The notes below the pieces were generated by a model. It was not told where the DNA came from. It did no database searches and was given only the letters and a program-made list of their open reading frames with translations. A stretch of DNA of 64,000 nucleotides from the NCBI GenBank assembly GCA_034530615.2, contig JAVRCV020000032.1:128001-192000 (forward strand), in the 5' to 3' direction. The translations under genes were made by a program, and so were the position numbers. The DNA is from Aulosira sp. ZfuVER01. Lineage in GTDB: Bacteria > Cyanobacteriota > Cyanobacteriia > Cyanobacteriales > Nostocaceae. Every line of letters starts with the position of its first letter. The stretch's first letter is position 1. Shown piece after piece: positions 11,232-23,240 of this stretch.

Positions 11232-11924
11232 CTCCTTTGTTATCCAGTCAATAACTTGTATAGGAACAAATTTCTAGGTGCTAATCTTTTCAAGATAACC
11301 AGCTAGAAGGAATTTGCATTAAGAGATGGTCTAACCCTGAATCAAAATTTCTATCTCGGTACAATTATTAAACATCTATCTTCTGTATATTAGTAGTTAA
11401 AACTTATACTTAAAATTAGTACAAATTCTAGGAACAGCACTCAATAGGATGAGAAAGTACCGATGTTATATCTCTCTAATGCTAATTATTCCAAAATTTT
11501 CAATTTAGTATCAGGAAACTACACAAAACGCAGCATAACTTTTGGGGATCAATTCTTTTGGTAAATCAGCAGAATTAATTCTTGTTAAATGTTAACTAAG
11601 CTTAACCGTGTTTTGTCCTTTACATTACTTATTGAAAGTAATAACACTTATTACCAAAGTATTCTGATTTTTGAATTATGCAGTCTAAACAAATTACTGT
11701 TTTGTACATTCATTTAGCAAATTCCTAAAATAGTAACTTACTATACTGAAAAACCAGTCTATTCATAGATAAATTCATTCGGGGAAAAAGTTGAAAAAGT
11801 TAACATTATATTGAAGTGGATACCGCAGCTGATTGTTAATTACAACATCAACAGCTATGTCCGAAAAAACTCATATCCCAAGCAATACTTTTCGGATAAG
11901 TACCAAACACCTCTTTGGCGATTT

Positions 11925-11992
11925 GGGAAAAGGGTAAAGGGTAAGGGGCAAAGGGTGCATTTCAACCTTTTCCCTTTTACCTTTCCCCTTTA
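11925..11992. repeat. Inverted heptamer (STRR-like) repeat hairpin
   Basis: AAAGGGT-type units followed by CCTTT(T)CC-type complements. Confidence 0.6.
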
Positions 11993-12229
11993 ACCGAAAA
12001 GTCTTGATATCCCAAGAGAGTGATACGCTATTTTTATACTTTGTTAAAAGAAAATTTACCAAACTTGCTTTTACAAATTTTTGTAACAAGTTAATTTAAA
12101 AATGATTGTGATACTAGATGGCAATAAAACCTATAGTTGAAATTGTGAAATTGCCTCAGCTAACGTACACCTAGATCAAATGTTCTGATGTTATGGCTGT
12201 CCAGCAGTCAAGAGGGGTCAAAGCTGGAA

Positions 12230-12258
12230 TATTAGCGTAGCGGCTTGCCCGCAGGGTA
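12230..12258. mobile_element. Small dispersed repeat (TA-flanked)
   Basis: TA-TTAGCGTAGCGGCTTGCCCGCAGGG-TA; same core as the insertion at 53248-53275. Confidence 0.6.
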
Positions 12259-12523
12259 GCAACTGGCTTCAAAAGTCCAAGCTAGGGTTTGACCCTAAAT
12301 TTGTGAGAACTTGAGCGCTCAATATACTAATTTAAATGCGTTATAGCTTATTAGTAAAGATGTACCGTTAATAAAGTTGATAAACTTATGCGATCGCCTA
12401 ATTCATCCCAATTTAAAAAAGAATGGGATAGATAGATTCACATCAAACTATACCCAGAAATTCCCAATCTAAAATCTAAAATGTTACAAGTTCTTAATAT
12501 ATAAAATTGTTCACAAACCCCAG

Positions 12524-13825
12524 CTAAATAGGCAGAATCATTATAAAGGTTGTTCCCTTACCGGGGCTTGATAAGCAATTGATTTGCCCGTTGTGTTTAT
12601 CAACAATAATCTGGTAGCTGATAGCTAATCCCAGCCCGGTGCCCTTGCCTACAGGCTTGGTGGTGAATGATGGCTCAAAAATCTGAGCTTGCACCTCTGG
12701 AATCATTCCCGGGCCATTATCTTCGATACAAATAGTGACAGTTTTTTGTTGAGGCTCAATCGATGTAGCGATCGTAATAGTATTAGGTTCAGCAGCAATC
12801 TCTGGATAACACTGGTTGCGATCGCAGTCATCAAATGCATCGATAGCATTGGCTATGATATTCATAAATACCTGGTTGAGTTGTCCAGGATAGCAAGCGA
12901 TGGGGGGTAATTTCCCGTATTTTGTGACAACTTGGATTTTAGGGCGATCGCCATTACCTTTGAGCCTATGTTTCAACAGCATCAAGGTGCTATTTATCCC
13001 TTCGTGAATTTGATACTCCACCTTAGATGACATATCTGAGCGCGCAAAGGTTCTCAGCGATAAGCTGATTTCCTTGAGGCGCTCAATTCCTTGAGCCATT
13101 GATGCCAATAATTTGGGCAAATCCTCAGTCAGATACGCTAAATCGATTTCTTTAACTAACTCTTCAATGTCCGCATCTGGATGTGGTAGCTTTTCTTGAT
13201 AGAGGTGTAACAGGCGCAACAGATCTTTGACATATTGCTCAATATGAGAGTAATTACCGTTAATAAAACCAACCGGATTATTAATCTCATGCCCAATACC
13301 TGCAACCAGTTGTCCTAAGGTAGACATTTTTTCACTTTGGATGAGCTGTAGTTGGGTTTGTTTTAACTGTTGTAGAGATTGGCTTAATTCGGCTGTGCGT
13401 TCTTGCACTCGTTCTTCTAATGTTTTTGTGAGATGGGAAATTTTCAGGTGTAACTTTAATCGGGCAATTACTTCTTCTTGTTGAAAAGGTTTGGTAATGT
13501 AATCAACTGCACCAATTTCCAGCCCTTTTACCTTATCTGTAGCATCAGATAAAGCTGTCATAAAAATGACTGGAGTATTTTGGGTAAGTGGATTAGCTTT
13601 CAGCCTGCGACAGGTTTCAAATCCATCCAGACCAGGCATCATCACATCCAGGAGAATCAGATCGGGATGGGCGTATTCTGTTTGTTCGATCGCTGATTCC
13701 CCATCTGTGGCCATGAGTGCTTTCCAGCCACATCCTTGAATCGCTTCTGATAGCACTTTGAGATTGTTGGGGTTGTCATCTACTAAGAGAATATGCATTG
13801 GCTTCAAAAGAGGATTGGTCATCAT
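12524..13825 (-). CDS. Hybrid response regulator / histidine kinase
   Basis: REC (LLVDD, LDVMMP), HEINNP, HATPase GTGLGL. Confidence 0.93.
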   Translation of the reverse strand: MMTNPLLKPMHILLVDDNPNNLKVLSEAIQGCGWKALMATDGESAIEQTEYAHPDLILLDVMMPGLDGFETCRRLKANPLTQNTPVIFMTALSDATDKVKGLEIGAVDYITKPFQQEEVIARLKLHLKISHLTKTLEERVQERTAELSQSLQQLKQTQLQLIQSEKMSTLGQLVAGIGHEINNPVGFINGNYSHIEQYVKDLLRLLHLYQEKLPHPDADIEELVKEIDLAYLTEDLPKLLASMAQGIERLKEISLSLRTFARSDMSSKVEYQIHEGINSTLMLLKHRLKGNGDRPKIQVVTKYGKLPPIACYPGQLNQVFMNIIANAIDAFDDCDRNQCYPEIAAEPNTITIATSIEPQQKTVTICIEDNGPGMIPEVQAQIFEPSFTTKPVGKGTGLGLAISYQIIVDKHNGQINCLSSPGKGTTFIMILPI

Positions 13826-16596
13826 TGGTGTAACTCCGTTGTGACAAAAGATTTAAGGAATTTACGGATTTTTGCGGTTTGGAAGTTGGCAGTAAATTTG
13901 CTCAACTCAGTTGCAAAAGGAGTTAGCTGACTGTCTTGCTGAATTAGCTCTTTTATCATTCCCTCAATCGCCGCAATATCTCCCATCATTGCCAGATGAT
14001 AGAGTTGTTGCAAAACATCCTGTGAAGGTAGAACCAATTCAGCAGGTGCTTTTTGCTCAGGTTGGGGAAATGACTTCTCTGGTGTGGACTGAGCATAAAT
14101 CCACTCGACTTTGAGCAGCGAGCGCAATGCATTGAAGAGTTCATTAATTTGCAGGGGTTTAGGTACAAATGCCGTTGCGCCTGCTTGCAAACTCCGCTGC
14201 TGATTTTCCTCAAATACATTAGCGCTAGAGACAATAATCGGAATATTACGAGTTTGGGGATTTTCTTGTAAATGAACCATGAGTTCAAAGCCATCCATAT
14301 TAGGCATGGCTAAATCAAGCAAAATTACATCCGGGTGATGTTCATTTAGTATCTCTAACCCATATTTGCCGTCGCTTACTTCCAGGGTTCGACAGCCAAT
14401 TCCTTGCAGCAAAGTGGTCAACATACAACGGTGCTTGGCATCATCATCAACAATGAGAATTAGAGGTGCAGTACCCTGAATGCCGATGATTTTCTGATTT
14501 TTGGGAGGAATTGTTCCTGTTTGCCAGTCATGGGTTACTGGTATTGCTACTGTCAAATCCAGCCAAAAGAGACTACCTTCGCCTAAATGGCTCTGTACTT
14601 GAATTTGGCTGTCCATCAATGCGGCAATTCTTTGACTGATCGCTAATCCCAAGCCAGTACCTTCAGATTTTCGTCCAGCTTCACCTACTTGCTCAAAAGC
14701 CAAAAAGATTTTTTCTAGTTGGTCTGGTGACATCCCAATACCTGTATCTTCAATTTGGAAGCGCAACTTCTGATGTGTCATTTGGGGAAACTCTCGATCG
14801 ATGACATCTACTTTGAAGGTGACGCTACCTTTGTCTGTGAATTTGATGGCGTTACCTAGTAAATTGATCAAAACTTGCCGTAGTCGCTTTTCATCTATTT
14901 GAATGGCAACTGGTAGGCGATCGTCTATTAAGACGTTAAATGCAATTCCTTTCTGCTCAGCTCGAATACTGCAAATCTCGGTGACACTATGTAAGAAAGT
15001 GGGCAGATGTACATTAGTCGCAACCAATTCTAATTTACGAGCTTCAATTTTTGAAAGGTCAAGAATATCATTGATCAGCATCAGTAGGTGTTTCCCACAA
15101 TCGTGGATAATGCTGACTCCTTCTAGGTTTTTCTTTGTCAAGTTTGGCGATGCTTCTAATATCTGTGCAAAACCAAGGATGCCATTAAGAGGTGTGCGTA
15201 ACTCATGGCTCATATTTGCCAGAAACTCACTCTTGGCTTGGTTAGCAGCATCAGCCGCTTGCTTTGCTTCTAATAGTTCGCGAGTTCTTTCTTCAACTTT
15301 GAACTCCAGAGTTTTGGAATAATCCAATAATTGAGCGTTAGCAATTTCTAGTTGTTGATTTGCCTCTTCTAACTTCTGCTGTTTATAGGCATTTGTTGTG
15401 GCAATCACGCTGCTAACGAATGCGGCTAAAACAGGTGTGACTGGAATGAGAACACCATGTAAAAACATTCCGTAGCTACCGCCAATGAATGCTCCACTGA
15501 TGCCAAGAGTTGCCCAAAGAATTTTACCACCTGGAATCCGTCGCCCAGTACGCGCACTTGCTAAGTACCAACTACCACTTGAACCGATCGCAGTCCACAA
15601 AATAATCCACAATGACAAAGAAACTTGAGAAACGCCATGTAGGCTTGTTTGTCCTGTTTTTGCCTCTCGCACCAGTTGAAGAGCAATATTGGCATGGATA
15701 ACAACGCCGGGTGTGGGCTTTTGGGCAGAAATTAAGGAGGAACTAAAGGGTGTGCTAAAGAAGTCATTGGTACTAGTGGCAGTAGAACCAATAAACACCA
15801 TGCGATCGCGCATGAGATTGGCTGGAATGCGCCCTGCTAAGACATCACGCATTGCAACTGTGCGAAATGCCGCTTCTGAACCATGCCAATTCAGCAGAAT
15901 TTGATAGCCACCTAAATCAGCATCGGGGTACCCTGCTTCTCGATCGCCTAGTGGTAAATAAATTGCCTTACCTAATTGAAACTTTTGCTGCTTGGGGTCA
16001 ATGCTTTCTAAAGTAATCTTTTCCGCTTCTAGGTACTTGAGCGCCACAAGGGTTGCCAGCCCAGCTTTCAGCGTGCCTTGCTCTTTGGCATCAACCGCTG
16101 TCAAAAGGGCACGACGCACAAAGCGATCGCCATCTAACACCAAATCTGCTAATCCTACTTGCTCGAGTTTTTTCAATTCCGGCGGCGGATTGACACGTTC
16201 TCCGGTGATTTTCTCAACACCAATTAAATTGGGAGTGCTGCGAAAGATTTTAGCAAGTTCTTCATGTCCGCTTCCCTCTGGTAAATCTCGATACAGATCC
16301 AAGCCAATGGCTCTAGGTTGCTGCGCTCGAATTTTATCTAGTAATTTTGCTAATGCCCAATCTGGAACTGGCCATTTACGCACAGATTGAATATCTTGTT
16401 CATCGATTGTGACAATCACAATTTCATCAGCGATCGTTTCAGGCGATCGCTGACGAACCCATTCATCACGAATTTTCCATTCAACTAAATTGAAAAATCC
16501 CAATGATTGCCCGGCAATGACAGTCAAAGCAACACTGGGAGTAATAATTAAAATACTACGAGTACGTTGGATAAAGGTCTTAAATCTGCGCCACAT
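13822..16596 (-). CDS. CHASE2-domain hybrid sensor histidine kinase
   Basis: CHASE2 ([16 protein letters not shown]), 3 [10 protein letters not shown], HATPase, REC. Confidence 0.93.
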   Translation of the reverse strand: MWRRFKTFIQRTRSILIITPSVALTVIAGQSLGFFNLVEWKIRDEWVRQRSPETIADEIVIVTIDEQDIQSVRKWPVPDWALAKLLDKIRAQQPRAIGLDLYRDLPEGSGHEELAKIFRSTPNLIGVEKITGERVNPPPELKKLEQVGLADLVLDGDRFVRRALLTAVDAKEQGTLKAGLATLVALKYLEAEKITLESIDPKQQKFQLGKAIYLPLGDREAGYPDADLGGYQILLNWHGSEAAFRTVAMRDVLAGRIPANLMRDRMVFIGSTATSTNDFFSTPFSSSLISAQKPTPGVVIHANIALQLVREAKTGQTSLHGVSQVSLSLWIILWTAIGSSGSWYLASARTGRRIPGGKILWATLGISGAFIGGSYGMFLHGVLIPVTPVLAAFVSSVIATTNAYKQQKLEEANQQLEIANAQLLDYSKTLEFKVEERTRELLEAKQAADAANQAKSEFLANMSHELRTPLNGILGFAQILEASPNLTKKNLEGVSIIHDCGKHLLMLINDILDLSKIEARKLELVATNVHLPTFLHSVTEICSIRAEQKGIAFNVLIDDRLPVAIQIDEKRLRQVLINLLGNAIKFTDKGSVTFKVDVIDREFPQMTHQKLRFQIEDTGIGMSPDQLEKIFLAFEQVGEAGRKSEGTGLGLAISQRIAALMDSQIQVQSHLGEGSLFWLDLTVAIPVTHDWQTGTIPPKNQKIIGIQGTAPLILIVDDDAKHRCMLTTLLQGIGCRTLEVSDGKYGLEILNEHHPDVILLDLAMPNMDGFELMVHLQENPQTRNIPIIVSSANVFEENQQRSLQAGATAFVPKPLQINELFNALRSLLKVEWIYAQSTPEKSFPQPEQKAPAELVLPSQDVLQQLYHLAMMGDIAAIEGMIKELIQQDSQLTPFATELSKFTANFQTAKIRKFLKSFVTTELHQ

Positions 16597-16740
16597 ATTT
16601 GCGCCAAATAGGAGTTAAAGGCTGGGTGGACGGGAAGGCAGACAAGGAAGTGTGGGGAGTGTGGGGAGTGTGGGGAATTATCTTCCCTATCTCCTCATCT
16701 TCCCTCCATATCTTCCTTTTGCCCCCTTCCCAAATTGCTC

Positions 16741-17874
16741 TTAGTTCGCAGATGCTAATAATGGAGCTGTGACAATCTCTTTCAAGCTAACTGACGAAAG
16801 AAGTTCGTCCCATTGCTTGGAAAGAGTTACATTGTTAGGTTGTGTAGTATGTAGGGCTGCAAGTGTTGCCACACAGTCATACCAAACACCATTTTTACCA
16901 AAAGCAGCTGCCCGTTTCAGTGCATCTTCCTGTTGCATCGCTGCTGCCAGTTCGGCAGTAGGCTGGATGCGCTGAATCCAACCATCTACGTAAGGTGTAC
17001 TGGGGCCGAGTTGTCCGTCAACTTTAACAGCTAGGAACCATTGGTAGTTTTTCCCAACTGCTAAAGCGGGTGCATTAGCTGGTAATTTAACTGCGATGAC
17101 TCCAGCTTTCCCTGCGATCGGAATGGTCATTTGATGCTGGGTATTGCCAGCTTCATCCTTGAGGCTGAATACAGCTTCTTCCGCATTAGAAGCAGGGAGA
17201 TATACCAGAATTGTCGGACGTTCAGACACAGTTGTGCCATAGAAGTTTTGAGGTAGGAGTGCAATTAGGGCTGCGGGGCCTCCTGCTGCTACAGTTGAAG
17301 GATTTAAGTAGTAAGTACCAACGCGAGAAGCTCCCCCACTAGCTTGTTGAGGAGCCTCTTTCCCAGAAGCAGGTGTAAAGAGATTGCCTCTGGAAGCGCC
17401 TCCGGTTGCTTGTTGGGGCGTACCCTTCCCGGCGCTAGGTGTAAAGAGATTGCCTCTAGAAGCGCCTCCGGTTGCTTGTTGGGGCGTACCCTTCCCGGCG
17501 CTAGGTGTAAAGAGATTGCCTCTAGAAGCGCCTCCGGTTGCTTGCCTAGGGGCACCTTTACCTGCACTTGGTGTAAAGAGGTTGCCTCTAGAAGCGCCTC
17601 CGGTTGCTTGCCTAGGGGCACCTTTACCAGCGCTAGGTGTAAACAGATTACCGCGAGAAGCACCTCCGGTTGCTTGACTAGGAGCGCCTTTACCAGAAGC
17701 AGGGATAAAGAAACTACCACGAGAAGCACCGCCGGTTGCTTGGCTAGGAGCACCATTATTGATTGGTGGGGTAAATGTCACAGCATGAACGCTATTCCAT
17801 GTACTACTAGTAAGCAGAGCGATGACGCTCAATGTACTGGCTAAATATCGATGTTTCACAAGCTTGTACCTCAT
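16741..17874 (-). CDS. DUF928 protein with signal peptide and seven tandem peptide repeats
   Basis: Signal peptide ending VHA; repeats NLFTPxxGKGxPxQATGGASRG; DUF928 C-domain (PTILVYLP, YQW, GVWYD); start placed at MRYKL. Confidence 0.88.
   Translation of the reverse strand: MRYKLVKHRYLASTLSVIALLTSSTWNSVHAVTFTPPINNGAPSQATGGASRGSFFIPASGKGAPSQATGGASRGNLFTPSAGKGAPRQATGGASRGNLFTPSAGKGAPRQATGGASRGNLFTPSAGKGTPQQATGGASRGNLFTPSAGKGTPQQATGGASRGNLFTPASGKEAPQQASGGASRVGTYYLNPSTVAAGGPAALIALLPQNFYGTTVSERPTILVYLPASNAEEAVFSLKDEAGNTQHQMTIPIAGKAGVIAVKLPANAPALAVGKNYQWFLAVKVDGQLGPSTPYVDGWIQRIQPTAELAAAMQQEDALKRAAAFGKNGVWYDCVATLAALHTTQPNNVTLSKQWDELLSSVSLKEIVTAPLLASAN
17323..17775 (-). repeat. 66-bp coding tandem repeat, 7 units
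   Basis: Period of 66 nt, e.g. AGGTGTAAAGAGATTGCCTC at 17371, 17437 and 17503. Confidence 0.93.
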
Positions 17875-18046
17875 AGGCAAAGTAACAAAAAATACTATTA
17901 TTCTGATTGTGGGAAGAAACTTGTAAAATCGGTTTCTACAAAAGTCAAAGGTTGAAATACCTACTAGCAATATAAACGAATTTTGACTGTCGAACCGTAA
18001 AAAATATGCGTAAATTACTGGCTTTCTAGTTCAGTATATTTACGTA

Positions 18047-20608
18047 TTAAAGCCAATTACCAACCAAAACAAAGGCAGACCAAAAGAAAGGATCGTGGAA
18101 ATCAGTTTGGCGAATCAGGTTGATTTGAGCTTGGCGCAGTGCCTCGGCTTTGGTGATTTTGGGCTTTCGTAATTGCTCATAAAAGCGCGTCATCAGCATC
18201 TCAGCTGCTTTATCTTTAACAGGCCAGAGAGTGGCAATAGTTGAGCGAGCGCCAGATTTGACAGCCAAGCCAGCTAGTCCCAGAACGGCGCGATCGTCGC
18301 CAGCTGCTGTATCGCACGCACTTAGTACTAGCAACTCGATCGCTTTTGATGAATCACCAGTACGATTTTTGAGGAGTTCGGACAATTCTTTGACGTTCAC
18401 TTGTCCATCCCACGTAAGTAAGAAGGTATCTTCGAGACGGGAACTAAACTGTCCGTGGGTTGCTAGATGGACAACATCAGCACTAGTAAATTTCACGCTA
18501 TTGGCAAGGGCTTGATTGGTGAATTGCTGGTTGAGCAACATTGAAGATGGCACTGCCTTCGAGATTTTCTTGACTTCTGATTCCACAGCAGGCAAAGCAC
18601 TAAAGCCATTACGAGATTCGCTGATACCGCCAACGATCGCATCAATGCGCTTTTCCTGAAGCGATCGCGCAGTCATCAATTGCATTCCTGGTGAGAGGGC
18701 CACCGCATACTTCTCGATTAGATATTGCTTACCGTCATACAGGGCTGCTATAGGAATATTACGTAAGCGTCCATCTAAAACGAATACTAGTGTTTTGCTG
18801 TCTTGGAAGGCTCGATCCATCTCCGCAGGGCGAATTAGCCAACTATACACTTCTTCGGATAGGCGATCGCGCTCTTTGGAATCTGAGACAGGATTCAAGC
18901 CAACTAATAATTTATCTAGAGTTTGTTCGATGTCGGCTTGAGATTTTTGTGTCACATAGTAACGCAACGGTTGTCCAGTTTTGGAGAGGATGACTGCAAG
19001 GCGATCGCTTAAGATAATTGGATAGACAACAGTTGCATTCGGGTCAACTTGGTCAATCTGCTGTGCCCGATCTAAACAAGCTTCCCTAAAAAAGTTATCG
19101 AGTTCTGCGACTTGCAATGCTTCAATCAGATCGCGAGCTTCCGTCAGTGCAGACTGACTGGGTTGTCCATCTAGGAGTAAACTGACAAGTTCGCGGTAGA
19201 CAGGCTCTACGCTTTCACGGAAGGAGAACTGCACATCAGGGTTGACAGCAACCAAATCCCCTCGTAGGGACTTTAAGGCTTTGACTGCTTCAGTATAGGC
19301 ACTAATTGCTTGGGGGCGATCGCCTTGTTGTTTGTACAACTGTCCTACCTGCCAAGCAGATTGAGCAATAATATCGTCAGCTTGGAGTTGACGCGCAATG
19401 TTCAGGGATTTCTGAGTTAATTCCTGTGCTTGTGATAACTGCTGTGTACGACGATAGAGTTTTCCCCATTGATGTAGTGCATAAGCTTCTGCTTGAGCAT
19501 CTTGGATTTGTTGTGCAGACTTGATTGTACTCGCCATCAGTTGTGCCAAGTCTTTCAGCGGTACGATTTGGTAAGAATTTGACAGCCGATTTACACTGGC
19601 AACAAAATTAATAGCTGCGTAGAGGGAAGTGTGGCTAGGAGGCAGTTCTCCTAGTTGTTGTAGTAGTTGCGGTGCGAGTGGAGTAGCCAACTCAAGTTTG
19701 TCATAATCGAGCAAAAGTTTGAAACGCCCTAAACTTGCTTGTAAGCGATCGCCTGGATTTGTTGCTACCTGTTCTGCCTGTTCAAAATAATCTAATGCTG
19801 TCTGTGGATCTTGCAAGTCAGCGGCGATTTTTCCTAGGTTCAACAGGATAGAACTTAATTGAGGTTTAGTTTCAAGTTTGCTGGCGATCGCTAAACTTTG
19901 TTCTAACACTTGTTGACTTCTACTAGAATCACCAATCGTTTGCAAAGCTAAACCAACCGATCGCAACCCACTAACTTTAACTTCCGAATCTGGCATTGCT
20001 CCTAACTTTTGATTTAGCGCCTCCAACTGCTGTTTAGAACGACGATAAAATCCCAAACTTTGTAAAGCTTGTGCAGAGTTGATTTGACTACCCAAGCTGC
20101 CCAATTGGTCGCCTGCTTGTTCATAATATTTTTGCGCTTGTTGCCAACTTTCCAGGGCGATTTCCGCTTTACCAGTATGTAGTTGTAAATTCCCTCGTGT
20201 ATTCAGTACTTGTGCCCAAACAATTGCGTCGGCAGGAGGTGACATTGTTTGCAATAGTTTGATGCTTTGTTCAATAGATTGGCTAGCTGCTTCCCACTGA
20301 TTAAGTTCTTGTTGCGCTAATGACAGGTAACTCAAGCTGAGAGCTTCATTGGTGCGATCGCCTTGGGTATGGTAGTTTTGTACTGCCGTTTGCCAAATCG
20401 TCACTGCTTCTGCAAAGCGTCCCGAACGGTAGAGGTTTCGCCCTTGTTCTAGCCAATTGTTAGGCTGAGTTGATGCTGATACATTTAGGGTAGAAGTTGT
20501 CAGTAATGGCACGGATGCTCTAGCAGGTGTAATAGTCACTGCCAAACACAAACTTAAAATACTCAGACAGATATATAGCCAATAGTATTTTTTAATCGGG
20601 AAGGTCAT
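18047..20608 (-). CDS. Secreted TPR-CHAT domain protease
   Basis: Signal peptide (ARA), TPRs, VHLATHG and LSACDTA catalytic motifs, HDPFFWSAFVLVGNWL. Confidence 0.93.
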   Translation of the reverse strand: MTFPIKKYYWLYICLSILSLCLAVTITPARASVPLLTTSTLNVSASTQPNNWLEQGRNLYRSGRFAEAVTIWQTAVQNYHTQGDRTNEALSLSYLSLAQQELNQWEAASQSIEQSIKLLQTMSPPADAIVWAQVLNTRGNLQLHTGKAEIALESWQQAQKYYEQAGDQLGSLGSQINSAQALQSLGFYRRSKQQLEALNQKLGAMPDSEVKVSGLRSVGLALQTIGDSSRSQQVLEQSLAIASKLETKPQLSSILLNLGKIAADLQDPQTALDYFEQAEQVATNPGDRLQASLGRFKLLLDYDKLELATPLAPQLLQQLGELPPSHTSLYAAINFVASVNRLSNSYQIVPLKDLAQLMASTIKSAQQIQDAQAEAYALHQWGKLYRRTQQLSQAQELTQKSLNIARQLQADDIIAQSAWQVGQLYKQQGDRPQAISAYTEAVKALKSLRGDLVAVNPDVQFSFRESVEPVYRELVSLLLDGQPSQSALTEARDLIEALQVAELDNFFREACLDRAQQIDQVDPNATVVYPIILSDRLAVILSKTGQPLRYYVTQKSQADIEQTLDKLLVGLNPVSDSKERDRLSEEVYSWLIRPAEMDRAFQDSKTLVFVLDGRLRNIPIAALYDGKQYLIEKYAVALSPGMQLMTARSLQEKRIDAIVGGISESRNGFSALPAVESEVKKISKAVPSSMLLNQQFTNQALANSVKFTSADVVHLATHGQFSSRLEDTFLLTWDGQVNVKELSELLKNRTGDSSKAIELLVLSACDTAAGDDRAVLGLAGLAVKSGARSTIATLWPVKDKAAEMLMTRFYEQLRKPKITKAEALRQAQINLIRQTDFHDPFFWSAFVLVGNWL

Positions 20609-20714
20609 AGATATTTACAGATAGTGTAAGAGTTTGTTTAGTAAAGTAATTGTGTAGCGACAGAGTGGGTTTTTATTAAGAGATTGCCTGTTAAGTTTGA
20701 CTTTCTCCAGAGAA

Positions 20715-23207
20715 TTAACTCTTAGGAAGTGCTGCACAAGTTAGCTGTGGCTGTATGTTTGTAGGAGATTTTGCCGCAACTAATTCAACTTTGCCTTGGG
20801 CGTTACGATGCCAGGAAGTTGCTTGGACAAGAACCTCTGATGATGTAGGCGTTTGGGCAGTCACATTGCCAGTTTTGCGGAATGCAGAGATATCGCGAGT
20901 GTCAGACCAAGTGCGATCGCTCCCTACTTCTCTTGTCGGATTTTGCGGCACACCACCTCGTCCTGTCGCCACGAAAGTACTACCAGTATTGGCAGAACAA
21001 CCTGTAGCTATTTGTTGGGATGGATCGGTGATATTTACTGGTAATTCAACTAAACCAGAATTGGGATCGATACCAATATTATTAATTTCCACTGTCCCAT
21101 TGACATTAAATGCGGAACTAGCTGTAATATCATTGGTCAAATCTGCTCTAGGAGTTAGAGTATTGACGTATTCTAGACCGATAATACCTTGAGTAGTGAT
21201 GTTAATATTACCACCACGACCTTGAACCGCATTGGCGATAATGTCGCTGTTTTCTAAACCTACAATCACAGGCGAGGTAATTGACAAGTTACCACCATTA
21301 CCTGTGCCCGCAGATGTAGCAGAAATAACGCTATCGTGACGCATCAGCAGGTAATCTTGTAAGTTTAATCTGACATTTCCCCCGTGACCAGAGGCGGTAG
21401 ATGCAGTGATGTTGCCTTGTTGGTCTAGAACAATTGAGTTAGCATTTATCTGTAAATCTCCAGCTTTACCAGTTCCATCATTTTTGACGCTCACTGCTCC
21501 GCCATCGATCAGGCGTAACAATGGTGTGTTGATTATTAAAGAACCTGAATTGCCAGTAGGTACCGGAGGGAGTTGAAAGATAGCTTGAGTAACAGGATCG
21601 GTCTTCTCGGCGTTGGAAAAAATGCGTGCGGGTAATTCAGTGACAGGACCTTCGGTAAAGCGATCTGCAATATCTATGGATTTAGAAGCGTTGACTACCA
21701 CGCTACCAGCCGAACCACTTGCTACAGTCGTAGAACCTAAAGATCCTCCCTTTTGGATTGTTAATCTAGCAGTATTGATAACTGCGCTATTTGCATTACC
21801 CGATCCCTGAGTGAAGGTAGCGAGACTACTGCCAGGATCTGTAATTTCCACTAGATCCGCGGCATTCACTTGGATTGCTCCACTCTGTCCAGAACTGACA
21901 GCAACAGAAACAATATTACCATTATCGAAAAGCTTGACATCCCCAGTGGATACTGTGATATTTCCTGCATCACCGCTATTTACTGAAAATGTGACGAGCG
22001 CAGTATAAATCGCTGGATTGGCGCGGTTAAAGCCACCGATCTCGGTTATACCGCCCACATTGGTGACAATGTTTGCACCTGCTGTTTGAGACCGAGTTCT
22101 AGTCACAATTCTTCCGCCATCTTGAAGGAAGAGGTTGGTGGCCGAGATTGCTATATCTCCTACCTCACCTGTACCAAAATTGTTACTTTGGATCAAACTT
22201 CCCAATTGACCGTTGGCTGTATTTCCTGTAATACTTAGGGAACCTGTGGCATTAGCTGTAATTCCCCCAGAGGATTGTGTTCCCAGGTTTTGGAGCAAAG
22301 CAGCAGAACCCTCAGTCAAACTAATATTTTGTCCTTGTAATAGGATTGAGCCGTTGCTGCCACTGGCATTCAGCAGCGATTGTTGCGCCAGATGAATATC
22401 ATTAAATTGTTGCACGTTGGAATAATCACCAATCCAGCCTGTTGGAGTAGGTTTAAGTCCAACTTGTCCATTCCTGACACTGCCCACTTCTAGATGCCCA
22501 CTACCCTTGGTGGAAGCAACCCCACCGGAAAAGTTCACTCCAGCGCCAATCAACGCCAGTGTTTGATTTGTTCCAGCTTGTAATCCGGGGGGGCTTTTGC
22601 TGGCATTAGCTTGACCAAAGCCAGTACTATCTGTCAACAGGTTTCCCAGTCCCTGTACGGTAATGGTTCCTGAGTTTTGACCCATCTGCAAGCCGATAGG
22701 TACACTCATAGTTAGTAAAGGAGTACTATTAGCATTTACTGCACTAAACTCTGCACCATCGCTAAATTTAATACTATTTGCTGTCGTTCCTAGAAATGAA
22801 CCACCTATATTTAAACTGGCATTTTCTCCAAAAATAATCCCATTAGGATTTAACAAAAATAAATTGGCGCTACCATTGGCTTTGATTAAACCATCAATAT
22901 TAGATGTACTACCGCCAGTGACTCGCGCAAAGATATTCTCAATGGTGGTGGCATTGTCGAACAAGGCAGAGCCTTTGCTGGGAATGGAAAATTGGCTGAA
23001 GCTGTGAAACAGATTATTGCCTGTGACAGTGCCATTAGTAATCGTGAAGTTATTGCCATTCTGGAAGACAGTAGTATTGAGGCTGCCATCTGAAGCTATC
23101 TGAGCATTTGCGTAGCTGTTGCCAAAGAACATGATTCCGATTGGTAGCAGTATAGAACCTGCCCATATTCGATTCATCAAACTCAAATAAACAGAAAGCA
23201 GCCTCAT
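20715..23207 (-). CDS. Filamentous hemagglutinin-like TpsA exoprotein
   Basis: NLFHSF, NPNG TPS motif, beta-helix repeats, C-terminal FVATGRGG. Confidence 0.9.
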   Translation of the reverse strand: MRLLSVYLSLMNRIWAGSILLPIGIMFFGNSYANAQIASDGSLNTTVFQNGNNFTITNGTVTGNNLFHSFSQFSIPSKGSALFDNATTIENIFARVTGGSTSNIDGLIKANGSANLFLLNPNGIIFGENASLNIGGSFLGTTANSIKFSDGAEFSAVNANSTPLLTMSVPIGLQMGQNSGTITVQGLGNLLTDSTGFGQANASKSPPGLQAGTNQTLALIGAGVNFSGGVASTKGSGHLEVGSVRNGQVGLKPTPTGWIGDYSNVQQFNDIHLAQQSLLNASGSNGSILLQGQNISLTEGSAALLQNLGTQSSGGITANATGSLSITGNTANGQLGSLIQSNNFGTGEVGDIAISATNLFLQDGGRIVTRTRSQTAGANIVTNVGGITEIGGFNRANPAIYTALVTFSVNSGDAGNITVSTGDVKLFDNGNIVSVAVSSGQSGAIQVNAADLVEITDPGSSLATFTQGSGNANSAVINTARLTIQKGGSLGSTTVASGSAGSVVVNASKSIDIADRFTEGPVTELPARIFSNAEKTDPVTQAIFQLPPVPTGNSGSLIINTPLLRLIDGGAVSVKNDGTGKAGDLQINANSIVLDQQGNITASTASGHGGNVRLNLQDYLLMRHDSVISATSAGTGNGGNLSITSPVIVGLENSDIIANAVQGRGGNINITTQGIIGLEYVNTLTPRADLTNDITASSAFNVNGTVEINNIGIDPNSGLVELPVNITDPSQQIATGCSANTGSTFVATGRGGVPQNPTREVGSDRTWSDTRDISAFRKTGNVTAQTPTSSEVLVQATSWHRNAQGKVELVAAKSPTNIQPQLTCAALPKS

Positions 23208-23240
23208 TATTAGTCTCCTTTTATACCTATTTAATATTCC

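Noticed and set aside
11811..12089. Two short opposing ORFs
   Set aside because: They run through an inverted heptamer repeat and show no coding signal
17323..17775. 66-bp repeats as a CRISPR array
   Set aside because: Contiguous in-frame coding repeats with no unique spacers and no cas genes
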